Assembly: GCA_944388705.1 (NCBI GenBank)
Contig: CALXJU010000001.1
Coordinates: forward strand, 14,674-78,673
DNA: 64,000 nt
Direction of reading: 5' to 3'
From: an uncultured Clostridia bacterium
GTDB taxonomy: Bacteria > Bacillota > Clostridia > TANB77 > CAG-508
Below are positions 19,758 through 30,094 of the stretch, in pieces (position 1 is the first letter of the stretch; every line of letters starts with the position of its first letter). Position numbers and translations under genes: made by a program. Below the pieces are notes generated by a model. The model did not search any database, was not told the origin of the DNA, and saw only the letters and a program-made list of their open reading frames with translations.

Positions 19758-20507
19758 ATGGTAACAAATATTCAAAAAGGATATCCAAAAGAAGTAAAAA
19801 TAAAGAGAGAAATGAGAATTAAAGAAGCATTAAATTTTGAAAGAGGAACAAAAGAAAGACCAAAAGAACATATTATTGGAGAAGTAAATAATAATAAAAT
19901 ATATTTTTTAAAACCAGGGAAAGAATTTTTTAGAGAAAGAAACAGAAATATAAATGATATGACCCCATATGTAGGAAAATTATATGAAAACTATTCTTTT
20001 AGAAATATATGGAAAGACATGTTGAATTTATCAGTTCGAATTAGTATAGAGTCATATAAACAGTTAAATGTATTGTTATATAGATTAGCATATTTAATGG
20101 ATTGTACAATAGTAAATGAAAAAGTAAGATATGAACCAAAAGGAGAAGTACTTGAGACAATTAAAAATATTCAAAATGAAATTGACAAAAAAGTTTATGA
20201 TTTTAAAGTATTAGAATTTTTAAACTTTATAGATATTTTAAGTTGGAATGAAGACGTAAAATATCAATCAGATTGTAGTTTCAAAAAAGAGAAAGTAGGA
20301 AGAATAAACACAATATTAAGTTTAATATCTATACCATTAATTTTTAAACAATTTGTTGATGAAATTATAGAAAACAAAGATTCCTTAGAACAACTTGACT
20401 ATTCGTTATTAATTGATGTTGCTCAAAATTTTTCAAGAGCAAGAGGAGTTCATCCTATATCAAACAAAAAATTAATTGAATATTTAAGTCCATACCTAAG
20501 CGAATAA
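19758..20507 (+). CDS. hypothetical protein directly upstream of the cytosine-5 methyltransferase (possible restriction-enzyme partner)
   Basis: 249-aa ORF with RBS AAGGAG. No recognisable nuclease motif. Position only. Confidence 0.45.
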   Translation: MVTNIQKGYPKEVKIKREMRIKEALNFERGTKERPKEHIIGEVNNNKIYFLKPGKEFFRERNRNINDMTPYVGKLYENYSFRNIWKDMLNLSVRISIESYKQLNVLLYRLAYLMDCTIVNEKVRYEPKGEVLETIKNIQNEIDKKVYDFKVLEFLNFIDILSWNEDVKYQSDCSFKKEKVGRINTILSLISIPLIFKQFVDEIIENKDSLEQLDYSLLIDVAQNFSRARGVHPISNKKLIEYLSPYLSE

Positions 20508-20594
20508 AATATAAAAAATTTTCAATTGAGTTTTACAAAATTGAAAAAATGTTATAAAATAATGAAGATAAAATCAAAAAGGAGTTATACAAGA

Positions 20595-21801
20595 ATGATA
20601 GAAAAGACAGTGTGTGAACTATTTGCTGGAGTTGGAGGTTTCAGAGTTGGATTAGAAAAAGCTGATTCTAATTGGAATACAGTCTGGGTTAATCAATGGG
20701 AACCTAGTAGAAAAAGTCAGTATGCATTTGATTGTTATGTATCACATTTTGGAAAAAACAAAAATTATATAAATAAAGATATTGCAAGTATAGATAAAAA
20801 TAACATTCCAGACCATAATTTATTAGTAGGAGGATTTCCATGCCAAGATTATTCAGTAGCAAGGACTGGAGCAAAAGGAATAGAAGGAAAAAAAGGAGTA
20901 CTTTGGTGGGAAATTAGAGATATCTTAGAAGCAAAATCACCTAAGTTTGTTCTTTTAGAAAATGTAGATAGACTATTAAAATCACCATCTAATCAAAGAG
21001 GACGCGATTTTGGAGTAATATTAGCATGTTTTAATGATTTAGGATATACAGTTGAATGGAGAGTAATCAATGCTGCAGAATATGGATTTGCTCAAAGAAG
21101 AAGAAGAATATTTGTTTTTGCTTGTAAGAATGATACTAATTATTTTAAAACAATAAAAAATCAAAATCTAGAAGATGTAATACATAAAAATCGGTTTTTT
21201 TGTAGAACAATTTGATATAAATTCTAATATTAACGGATGTTATAAAGAATTTAAATATAATAATCTATATGATGTTTCAGATAATTTTAAAATGGACTTT
21301 AAAAATGCTGGAATAATGAGAAATGGATTAATTTACACTGAAGAAGTAATTCCCAAAGAGATTAAATATACATCATTAAATAAAATTGTTGAAAAAGACG
21401 GCGTAGAAGATAAATATTATTTAGGAAACAATTTAGAAAAATGGAATTATTTAAAAGGAGCAAAAGATATTTTAAGAAAGGCAGGAACTCCACACGAATA
21501 TCATTTTAGAGAAGGAGCTATAGCTTTTCCAGATTCATTGGACAAACCAGCGAGAACAATGCTTACAAGTGAAGGCAGTCTTAATAGAAGCACACATGTA
21601 ATAGAAGATCCAAAAAGTAAATGTTATAGGATATTAACACCATTAGAAACAGAAAGAATAAATGGATTTCCAGATAATTGGACAGATACAGGAATGCCAC
21701 AGAGTTTTAGATATTTTTGCATGGGAAACGCATTAGTTGTAGGATTAATTGAAAAAATGGGAGAAAGGTTAAATAAAATATTTGAAAGCGAGGATAATTA
21801 A
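20595..21801 (+). pseudogene. DNA cytosine-5 methyltransferase split into two ORFs by a frameshift in a T7 tract
   Basis: N-part (20595-21215) has motif I FAGVGGFRVG, motif IV GGFPCQDYS and motif VI LLENV. C-part (21292-21801) has NGFPDNW and GNALVV. Removing one T from the T7 run at 21195-21201 fuses them. Confidence 0.8.
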
Positions 21802-21912
21802 TCTCCGCATTTTATTTTGTTGTATCACTTCTTCTATTATTCAATGATTTATTAATCAAAAATTTACTTTAAATATAGTAAGGTATATTAAAAAAGAGGT
21901 TAGGTGATATAA

Positions 21913-22230
21913 ATGGAAAAGTTAATTAGAGAAATAAAAAAATTTAATGAAGAAAGAGAGTGGGATAAATTCCATACACCAGAAAATTTAGCAAAATCAA
22001 TAATAATAGAATCTGGAGAATTACTAGAATGTTTTCAATGGGATAGTGAAAATTATGACAAAGATGAAGTATATGAAGAACTTGCAGATGTTTTCACATA
22101 TTGTATTCAAATGGCAATAAAATTAAATGTTAATCCAGAAGAAATTATATTAAAAAAATTAGAGAAAACTAAAAAGAAATATCCAATAGAAAAAGCAAAA
22201 GGAGTAAGTACAAAATATAATAAATTGTAA
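21913..22230 (+). CDS. MazG-like nucleotide pyrophosphohydrolase
   Basis: REWDKFHTPENLAKSIIIESGELLECFQW...ELADVFTYCIQMA matches the MazG/NTP-PPase signature. Confidence 0.8.
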   Translation: MEKLIREIKKFNEEREWDKFHTPENLAKSIIIESGELLECFQWDSENYDKDEVYEELADVFTYCIQMAIKLNVNPEEIILKKLEKTKKKYPIEKAKGVSTKYNKL

Positions 22231-22244
22231 AGGAGAATATAAAT

Positions 22245-23117
22245 ATGGTAGATATGCACATGCACACAATATATTCAGATGGAGATAAAACAGTAGAAGA
22301 AATATTAAAAATGTGTGAAGAAAGAAAATTAGAATATATATCAATAACAGACCATGACATTTGTAAACAATATTATGATAATGCTTTAAAAAATAATAGT
22401 ATTTTTACGGGAAAAATCATAATAGGTTCAGAATTACATGCAGTATTCCAAAACAGAAATATTGAAATATTAGCCTATAATATAAATCCAGATATAATTA
22501 ATAAATGGTGTGAAAAATATTATTCAGAAGCTCAATTAAGAGAACAACAAAAAATCTGTAGACAAAGACTATTTGATATATGTGAAAAACATGGATTAAT
22601 ATATGACAAAGATAAAATAAGAGAACCCAAAAAAGCATCTGAATATGTAGAGAGACCAATTTATGAAGAGGTAATGAAACACAAAGAAAATTTTAAGATT
22701 TTAGGAGAATTTACAGAATCATTTGGTATATTTTTTAGAAAAGGCTTAGCAAATCCAGAAAGTAGTTATTTCATGAATCATGTGGAATTTAGACCACCAT
22801 ATAAAGAAGTAATTGATATTATTCATAAAGCTGGTGGGAAAGCATTTTTAGCGCATCCATTTGAATACAAATTCAATGATACTATTGGATTTATTGATAA
22901 CCTAAGAAAAGAAGCGGAATTAGATGGGATAGAGTGTTTCCATCCATCGTCTGAAGAAGATAACAAAAAAGATATACTAGTTAATTATGCTAGAAAGAAC
23001 AATTTATTTATTAGTGGTGGAAGTGATTATCATGGAAATCCAAAACCAGATATAGATATAGGGATAGGAAGAGGAAAATTAAATATTCCAAAAGAAATAA
23101 TAGAAGAATGGAAGTAA
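22245..23117 (+). CDS. PHP (polymerase/histidinol phosphatase) domain metal-dependent phosphoesterase
   Basis: MVDMHMHTIYSDGD N-terminal PHP signature. Confidence 0.8.
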   Translation: MVDMHMHTIYSDGDKTVEEILKMCEERKLEYISITDHDICKQYYDNALKNNSIFTGKIIIGSELHAVFQNRNIEILAYNINPDIINKWCEKYYSEAQLREQQKICRQRLFDICEKHGLIYDKDKIREPKKASEYVERPIYEEVMKHKENFKILGEFTESFGIFFRKGLANPESSYFMNHVEFRPPYKEVIDIIHKAGGKAFLAHPFEYKFNDTIGFIDNLRKEAELDGIECFHPSSEEDNKKDILVNYARKNNLFISGGSDYHGNPKPDIDIGIGRGKLNIPKEIIEEWK

Positions 23118-23121
23118 TAAA

Positions 23122-23958
23122 ATGAAAATAGCAATAATTTCAGATATACACGGAAATTTAGAAGCATTAAAAGCAACTCTAAAAGATATAGAAAAAAGAA
23201 AAGTAGATAAAATAATGTGTTTAGGAGATACAATATCAAAAGGAGTACATCCAAAAGAATGCCTAAAATTAGTAAGAGAAAAATGTGAGATTATATTGCA
23301 AGGAAATTGTGATATTTATTTTTCAATGGAACACAAAGATATAGAACAAAAGTATGAACAAGAACAAAAAAGAATAAAATGGAATCAATCATTAATAAAT
23401 AAAGGAGATAGAGAATATCTATTAGAATTACCATTTTGTTATGAATTTTACATGAGTGGAAGTTTAGTGAGGTTATTTCATGCAACACCTGTTGCAAATA
23501 ATAAGGCTATATTAAATGTTGATAGTATTCAGACAAAATATCAAATGTTTTTACCAAGTAAAAATACAGTATCACAATTAACAGCTGATGTTGTTATATA
23601 TGGACATATACATCATCCATATATGGATAAAATATATAATAAAACAATAATTAATGTTGGAAGTGTAGGAAATTCATATGATGTTATAAGAAACAAAGAG
23701 AAAGATAGCAATGTATTAGAAACCACAAAAAGTAATTATCTAATAATAGAGGGGGAATATAATTGCCAAGAATACAATTCTGATATTTCATTTCAATTTA
23801 TAAAAGTACCATATGATATTAACAAAGAATTAGAAAATCAAAATATAAATATAGAAAAAGAAAATTATAGAGTTGAATTAAAAGAAGGGATATATAGAGA
23901 CATGACTAAAATAAATGAAAATTTCAGAAAATTAGGAATAGATGTAGATAAAATTTAA
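23122..23958 (+). CDS. metallophosphoesterase family protein
   Basis: MKIAIISDIHGNLEAL, CLGDTISKG and GHIHHP motifs. Confidence 0.8.
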   Translation: MKIAIISDIHGNLEALKATLKDIEKRKVDKIMCLGDTISKGVHPKECLKLVREKCEIILQGNCDIYFSMEHKDIEQKYEQEQKRIKWNQSLINKGDREYLLELPFCYEFYMSGSLVRLFHATPVANNKAILNVDSIQTKYQMFLPSKNTVSQLTADVVIYGHIHHPYMDKIYNKTIINVGSVGNSYDVIRNKEKDSNVLETTKSNYLIIEGEYNCQEYNSDISFQFIKVPYDINKELENQNINIEKENYRVELKEGIYRDMTKINENFRKLGIDVDKI

Positions 23959-23996
23959 GATATTAATAGTGTTATTCTAAATATTATAGAATAACA

Positions 23997-24752
23997 CTAC
24001 TTTTCACCTAAATCTTCAAAAAACCTTAGCAAATATCCATCAGGGTCTTGAACAAGAAATTCTTTATTACCCAAAAGTTTATCATCTTGTCTATACCAGT
24101 TTTCTTCTATATCAAAAGCTATTTTATAACTACTATTTTTTAAATTATTATATATATAATCAACGTTATCAACTTCTAGCTGAAAATTAATACCATTTCC
24201 AAAAGGATATGTAAGAGGAGCAACAGTCCATTTATCTTTTGTAGTAATTTCTTGTAACATAAATTGAATATCTCCTAAACTAATAAAAGCAAAATGATTT
24301 TCTGGTCTTTCATATTTAATTACAAAACCAACAGTTTTGTAAAAACTTAAACTATTTTCTAAATTGGTAACAGAAAATTCAGGAATAATTTTATTCCAAA
24401 GTATATAATTATTATCTCTGATAATTTCAGTTTTAAAAAATCTTTCTTGAAAATTTGTCAAAGCTTGAATTTGCTCATTTGAAAAACATGTATCTTCTGG
24501 TACTACAATTAATTTATCATCATTATCATTAAGCCTGTGGATTACGGCAATACATTTACCAGTAAAAGTTTCTAAAGGTTCATAAATACCTAAAATATAA
24601 GCATCTAGTTCCTCATTATCACCACTTATAGTATCTGGAATATATCCATAATTAAGTGAATATATGAACCCGTGTTTAGGATGCTTAGTTCCAATAGGTC
24701 TATCAATCTGCACAGTTACAGTTTTATTTAAAAAATTAATACCATTTTCCAA
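23997..24752 (-). CDS. hypothetical protein with glyoxalase/VOC-like C-terminal region
   Basis: 251-aa ORF. Domain assignment is weak. Confidence 0.45.
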   Translation of the reverse strand: MENGINFLNKTVTVQIDRPIGTKHPKHGFIYSLNYGYIPDTISGDNEELDAYILGIYEPLETFTGKCIAVIHRLNDNDDKLIVVPEDTCFSNEQIQALTNFQERFFKTEIIRDNNYILWNKIIPEFSVTNLENSLSFYKTVGFVIKYERPENHFAFISLGDIQFMLQEITTKDKWTVAPLTYPFGNGINFQLEVDNVDYIYNNLKNSSYKIAFDIEENWYRQDDKLLGNKEFLVQDPDGYLLRFFEDLGEK

Positions 24753-24838
24753 AATAATTCCTCCTATAATAATCTTATGATATATTATAAAAAAATAAAT
24801 TGGATTTGTAAATATAAAAAAACTTGATTTTATATTAG

Positions 24839-25195
24839 TTATTTAATTAATTTAACAATATCTTTCATTATTTCTAAACTTTTATCAATTTCTTCTTTTG
24901 TATATTTTTCTAAAAGAATTCTAGCTTCTGAAATAATATTATCTTCTAAACCAAATAGAATATAATCAGAAGAATGAGCACTTAAATTCATTAATTTTTT
25001 AAGACTTTTACAAACCAGATTGCCTTTACCTTCTTCAATTAAACCTAAAAACTGACTAGAAATTCCTATTTCTCTTGCTAATTGTGACTTGTTCATCTTA
25101 AGTTCTTTTTCACGAATTGCTTTAATTCTTAAACCTCTTTCTATTTTATCAGTAATGTCTGAAAAATCATTAGTATTAACGTTAGATTTATTCAT
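24839..25195 (-). CDS. XRE-family helix-turn-helix transcriptional regulator
   Basis: LKMNKSQLAREIGISSQFLGLIEEGKGNL HTH_3 signature. Confidence 0.8.
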   Translation of the reverse strand: MNKSNVNTNDFSDITDKIERGLRIKAIREKELKMNKSQLAREIGISSQFLGLIEEGKGNLVCKSLKKLMNLSAHSSDYILFGLEDNIISEARILLEKYTKEEIDKSLEIMKDIVKLIK

Positions 25196-25332
25196 TTGAA
25201 AATCTCCTTATAATATATTTATAATATTTTATAGTATTTATAAGTTTTGCATATGAAAAAAACATACTGCTAAATATAGTATTTTTTGGGATTTTATGGT
25301 ATATTATGTAGTAAAAAAGAAGGAGGAATAAT

Positions 25333-26121
25333 ATGGAAACTAAACCTATGAAAATTTTAGTCATAGAAGATGATATTAATGATTGTAACAATTTTATTGA
25401 TTGCATTAAAAAGAGGGATGACATAGAGTTAGTAGCCATAACAGATTCAGATATTGATGGCTTGAAATATGTAAAAACTAAACATCCTGAAGGAATTGTA
25501 TTAGACTTAGAATTAAATAATAGCAAAAATGGTAATACTGATTCTCTAGAATTTCTATCAAACTTGAAAAAATTAAATTTGAATTATCAACCAATTGTAA
25601 TAGTTACAACTCATGTAAATTCAAAAAGAACTTATGATATTCTTCATAGAAATGGAGTGGATTTAATTTTATATAAAGACCATCCAAGTTATTCTTGTAA
25701 TAATGTATTAAATAAATTCATTTATTTAAGAGAAAATTCATCTTCAGTGGTAACTAAAAGTATCGAAGAAGAACTTAAAAGTGAAGAAGATGAAATTTCT
25801 GATTATATATCTAATGAGTTAGAATTAATTGGAATTAATCCTAAATTAAAAGGTAGACAATATATACATGACGGGATTTTGTTTTTAATACAAAATGAGA
25901 AAAGTAATATTAGTGTCATTCAATATTTGACTAAAATACATAAAAAACCAGCAAATACGATTACTAATGGTATTCAAAATGCAATAATACATGCTTGGAG
26001 AGTTACTCCTATAGAAGACTTAACTAAATATTATACTGCTAGAATAAATTATGAAACTGGAATACCAACTCCAATGGAATTAATTTATTATTATGCAGAT
26101 AAAATAAAGAAATTAATCTAG
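25333..26121 (+). CDS. response regulator with receiver domain and Spo0A-C-like DNA-binding domain (Spo0A paralog-like)
   Basis: MKILVIEDD...VLDLEL receiver. C-terminus ...TNGIQNAIIHAWR resembles the Spo0A_C signature (AIRHAIEVAW). The receiver is unlike canonical Spo0A. Confidence 0.65.
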   Translation: METKPMKILVIEDDINDCNNFIDCIKKRDDIELVAITDSDIDGLKYVKTKHPEGIVLDLELNNSKNGNTDSLEFLSNLKKLNLNYQPIVIVTTHVNSKRTYDILHRNGVDLILYKDHPSYSCNNVLNKFIYLRENSSSVVTKSIEEELKSEEDEISDYISNELELIGINPKLKGRQYIHDGILFLIQNEKSNISVIQYLTKIHKKPANTITNGIQNAIIHAWRVTPIEDLTKYYTARINYETGIPTPMELIYYYADKIKKLI

Positions 26122-26269
26122 TGTTTTATATACTAGATTTTTTATGTTTTCACTATTTTTTTCTATCATGAGATACCGCTTATTCACCATAGAATAAATG
26201 GTATTTTTTTTATGACAAAAAATTCTACTGAAGATATTTAAATTACGTAAGAAAAAGGTGGTGAATAGT

Positions 26270-26317
26270 ATGAGTCTTTATGAAGCATTTTTAAGATGGT
26301 TAAACAAATGGATATAA
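26270..26317 (+). CDS. 15-aa Trp-rich peptide ORF (MSLYEAFLRWLNKWI) between the regulator and kinase genes
   Basis: GGTGGTG RBS 6 nt upstream of the ATG; amphipathic W-containing peptide. Could be chance in AT-rich DNA. Confidence 0.3.
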   Translation: MSLYEAFLRWLNKWI

Positions 26318-26405
26318 TCTTTAATAAAAAAATAGAAGTAATATAAGGAAAACTTATATTGCTTCTATTTTTGTTTTGATATATAATGCCTTCGGAGGAC
26401 AAAAT

Positions 26406-27860
26406 ATGGATATTTATATAAGTGATTTATCAATTAATCTTGAAAATATGGAAGTTACAACATATATATTGAAAATGTTTTTTATGCAGATTGGTACTTT
26501 GTACGCTTTTATAAAAATTACTAATGTACCTAAATTAGAAAAAAGAAAATTGCTATATTCATGTATAGCAGTAGCAATAGCTTCTATTGTCATAACGTTA
26601 ATAAAATATAATGTCAATCAATATATTTCAGTAATTAGTATGATTTTATTGTTAAGTTGTTTAAATTCATTAATCTCAAAAAGTAATATAGGATATTCAA
26701 TATTTATTACAATAATTGCATTAAGTATTAACTATGTTTTATTTTTTGGTGCAATATTTATTATATTTATAATTAATTTATTATTACAAATAAAAAATGA
26801 TTTGGTAAACTTAATTTTGATGGAGATAGTACATATATCATCATTGTTCATTCTTTTTAAAATAAAAAAATTTAAATATGGTATTCTCTTTTTGCAAAAA
26901 ACATCTAAGGATGAATATTTTGGAATATTAATACTTAATATTTGTGTAATTATATTATATTCCATAATAATTTTTTCAAATCTGGAACTATTATTATCTG
27001 TACAAAATTTGGATTTTAATTTTGTGATTGTTGCTATAATAATGTTCATAACAATAAAAAAATCACTGCAACTATATTATAAACAGAAATTATTAATACA
27101 AGAATTAGAAGAAACAAAAAGAGAATTAGAAACAAAGAAAAAAGAAGTAGAAGAATTAGAAAAAGAAAATCTAGAATTTAGTAAAACAAGTCATACATTA
27201 GCACACAAACAAAGAATATTAGAACACAAAATAGAAGAATTATCGAATAAATTCGAAGCGGGAAAAGAAATAACTGTAGCAGAAGAAAATAATATAAAAG
27301 ATACTGTACAGAAAATCTCAAAGGAATTATATACCGAAGTAAATGGAATAGAGCTATATAAAACAGAAATACCAGAAATAGACGATATATTAAAATATAT
27401 GCAATCAGAATGTATAAAAAATAAAATAGAATTCAATGTACAAATAAGAGGAAACATATATAAAATGATAAATAATGTAATTCCAAAAGAGGAATTACAA
27501 ATATTGATAGCAGACCATGTAAAAAATGCAATAATTGCTATAAATCATTCGCAAAACATAAATAGAAGTATATTAATACAAATAGGTAAGATTATGGGCA
27601 ACTATGGATTATACATATATGATTCAGGTATAGAATTCGAAAAAGAAACATTAGAAAATTTAGGAAAGAAACCAAGTACTACCCATGCAGAAGAAGGTGG
27701 CACAGGAATAGGCTTTATGAACACATTTGATACATTAAGAAAATATAAAGCAAGTTTAGAGATAGAAGAAATAGGAAAACCAAGTAAAGACAATTATACA
27801 AAAATCTTAAAGATAAAATTTGATGGAAAAGAAGAATATAAAGTAAAAACATATAGATAA
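26406..27860 (+). CDS. polytopic membrane sensor histidine kinase (AgrC/HPK10-like)
   Basis: About 230-aa multi-TM N-terminus, a coiled-coil linker with SHTLAHK, and a GHKL ATPase with G-box GGTGIGF. RBS GGAGGA before ATG 26406. Confidence 0.75.
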   Translation: MDIYISDLSINLENMEVTTYILKMFFMQIGTLYAFIKITNVPKLEKRKLLYSCIAVAIASIVITLIKYNVNQYISVISMILLLSCLNSLISKSNIGYSIFITIIALSINYVLFFGAIFIIFIINLLLQIKNDLVNLILMEIVHISSLFILFKIKKFKYGILFLQKTSKDEYFGILILNICVIILYSIIIFSNLELLLSVQNLDFNFVIVAIIMFITIKKSLQLYYKQKLLIQELEETKRELETKKKEVEELEKENLEFSKTSHTLAHKQRILEHKIEELSNKFEAGKEITVAEENNIKDTVQKISKELYTEVNGIELYKTEIPEIDDILKYMQSECIKNKIEFNVQIRGNIYKMINNVIPKEELQILIADHVKNAIIAINHSQNINRSILIQIGKIMGNYGLYIYDSGIEFEKETLENLGKKPSTTHAEEGGTGIGFMNTFDTLRKYKASLEIEEIGKPSKDNYTKILKIKFDGKEEYKVKTYR

Positions 27861-27913
27861 TAATATTGAGAAAATATATAAATTATGATATAAGTATGAT
27901 AGGAGGAAAAGAT

Positions 27914-28267
27914 ATGGAAAATATATTTATAGAATACTCAAAATGTTCAACATGTAAGAATGCAAAAAAATGGCTAAAAGAAAATAAAGTAGAATTCAAG
28001 GAACGAAATATAGTAGAAGAAACACCAACTGTAGAAGAACTAACAAAATGGATAAAAAAGAGTGGAAAAGAAATAAAAAAATGGTTTAATACAAGCGGAT
28101 TAAAATATAAAGAATTAAATTTAAAAGAAAAATTACCAAATATGAATGACGAGGAAAAAATACAATTACTAGCAAGTGATGGCATGTTAATTAAAAGACC
28201 AATATTAATAACAACTAAAGGAATAACAAATGGATTTAAAGAAGAAGAATGGAAAAAATTATTATAA
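27914..28267 (+). CDS. ArsC/Spx-family (YffB-like) thioredoxin-fold protein
   Basis: MENIFIEYSKCSTCKNAKKWL... N-terminal CxxC in an ArsC-family context. Confidence 0.7.
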   Translation: MENIFIEYSKCSTCKNAKKWLKENKVEFKERNIVEETPTVEELTKWIKKSGKEIKKWFNTSGLKYKELNLKEKLPNMNDEEKIQLLASDGMLIKRPILITTKGITNGFKEEEWKKLL

Positions 28268-28278
28268 GGAGATTAACT

Positions 28279-28821
28279 ATGAAAATATTAATAATATCAG
28301 ACATACATGGTTCAAGTTATTATGCAAAAAAAATAGAAGAAATAGATGAAAGAGAAAAACCAGAACAGATAATATTATTAGGAGACTTATATTATCATGG
28401 ACCAAGAAATGAGCTTACAAATGAATATAATCCAATGCAAGTAGCAGGAATTTTAAATGACCTTAAGGACAAGATTATAGCAGTAAGAGGAAACTGTGAT
28501 GCAGAAGTAGATGAAATGATATCAGATTTCAAATTACAATCATATATAGAAACAGAAATGAATGGAAAACATGTATTTATATCACATGGACATGTTTATA
28601 ATATCGACAATATACCAAATAAAAAAATAGAAATAATGTTTTATGGACATTTCCATACAGGTTTTATAAAAGAAGAAAATGGAATAATATTTGCAAATCC
28701 AGGATCAATATCATTACCAAAAAACAATACTGAGCACAGTTACATGATATTTGAAGAAAACAAAATAACACTAAAAGATGTTGAAGGAAATATAATTGAA
28801 AAAAAGAAATATAATGTATAA
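28279..28821 (+). CDS. YfcE-like metallophosphoesterase
   Basis: MKILIISDIHGS..., LGDLYYHG, GHVYN and GHFH motifs. Confidence 0.8.
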   Translation: MKILIISDIHGSSYYAKKIEEIDEREKPEQIILLGDLYYHGPRNELTNEYNPMQVAGILNDLKDKIIAVRGNCDAEVDEMISDFKLQSYIETEMNGKHVFISHGHVYNIDNIPNKKIEIMFYGHFHTGFIKEENGIIFANPGSISLPKNNTEHSYMIFEENKITLKDVEGNIIEKKKYNV

Positions 28822-28862
28822 ATTTTTTAACCAATTAAGATAATAATATAAGGAGGTTAATT

Positions 28863-29402
28863 ATGAGATTATATTATGTGAGACATGGACAAACTGATTG
28901 GAATGTGGCTAGAAAAATGCAAGGAGGAGCTTCAGAAAAAGATTTAAATGAAACAGGAATAAAACAAGCAAAAGAAGCACAAGAATTATTAAAAGATAAA
29001 GAATATGATATACTAATATCTTCTCCAATGAATAGAGCAATAAAAACAGCTGAAATTATAAATGAAGGAAGAAATGTAAAAATAGTAACTGATGAAAGAA
29101 TTAGAGAAAGAAAATTAGGAGAATTAGAGGGGCATCAAGTAACACCTGAAAGAGAAAAAGAAATATGGGATTATAATCAAAATGTAGATATTAAAGGTGG
29201 AGAAAATTTACATCAATTTGAAAAAAGAATTTTAGATTTTATAAATGAAATAAAAGAAAAATATGCTGATAAAGCAGTATTAGTAGTTGCACATGGTGGT
29301 GTTGCAAAAGTCTTAAAAGCATATTTATATGGAATGCCAAAAGATAATAATTTAAGTAGTATTTCTATGGAAAATTGTGAAATTATAGAGACAGATTTAT
29401 AA
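28863..29402 (+). CDS. histidine phosphatase family protein (phosphoglycerate-mutase-like)
   Basis: LYYVRHGQTDWN RHG motif; VVAHGG. Confidence 0.85.
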   Translation: MRLYYVRHGQTDWNVARKMQGGASEKDLNETGIKQAKEAQELLKDKEYDILISSPMNRAIKTAEIINEGRNVKIVTDERIRERKLGELEGHQVTPEREKEIWDYNQNVDIKGGENLHQFEKRILDFINEIKEKYADKAVLVVAHGGVAKVLKAYLYGMPKDNNLSSISMENCEIIETDL

Positions 29403-29435
29403 AACAATGATATAATGCCTAAAAAGGAGTAAACA

Positions 29436-30071
29436 ATGGAAAAAAATTATTATGAAATACTAGAAGTAGATAAAAATGCATCAGATGAAATAATTGAAAA
29501 AGCATACAAAACACTTGCTAAAAGATATCATCCAGACTTGCAAAATGGTATGCTAAAAAAAGAATATGAAGAAAAAATGAAAATAATAAATGAAGCATAT
29601 TCTGTTTTATCAGATGGTACACAAAAGGCTACATATGATGAACAATTAAAAAACTTTACAGTTTCAATAGAAGAATATCAAAACATTGTACAAGAGAATA
29701 TGATACTTAGACAGGAAATACAAAGATTACAAAACAGTACTCAAAATCAATATGTGAATAACATGAATTTTCAATCAGCACAAAAACAATATGATGAACA
29801 AATAAATAGAGTGGTAAATGAAGCCGTTAATAAAGCAAGAAATCAAGCATATCAAGATGCATATGTGCAAGATATGAGAAATAGAGGATATAGATTTAAG
29901 CGAAAATATACCATAAAAGATTATATAAAATTAGCAGGAATAATAACAGGTTTGATTTTAACTTTAGTAATAATAGCACAAATTCCACCTGTAAAAAGAT
30001 TTCTTGCCGATTTATATGAAAATAATATAATTATAAAAGCATTAGTAGATACATTTAAAACAGGATTTTAA
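29436..30071 (+). CDS. DnaJ (J-domain) protein with C-terminal transmembrane segment
   Basis: [31 protein letters not shown] domain; hydrophobic tail [14 protein letters not shown]. Confidence 0.8.
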   Translation: MEKNYYEILEVDKNASDEIIEKAYKTLAKRYHPDLQNGMLKKEYEEKMKIINEAYSVLSDGTQKATYDEQLKNFTVSIEEYQNIVQENMILRQEIQRLQNSTQNQYVNNMNFQSAQKQYDEQINRVVNEAVNKARNQAYQDAYVQDMRNRGYRFKRKYTIKDYIKLAGIITGLILTLVIIAQIPPVKRFLADLYENNIIIKALVDTFKTGF

Positions 30072-30094
30072 ACAAATATAGAAAGGAAATTTAT

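Noticed and set aside
25333-26121. Whether the Spo0A_C-domain regulator is the genuine sporulation master regulator Spo0A.
   Set aside because: The receiver domain lacks the conserved Spo0A N-terminal signature and the spoIVB/recN context, so it is more likely a paralog.
26122-26260. A second tiny ORF MTKNSTEDI upstream of the 15-aa peptide ORF.
   Set aside because: It has no RBS and is too short, so it is likely random.
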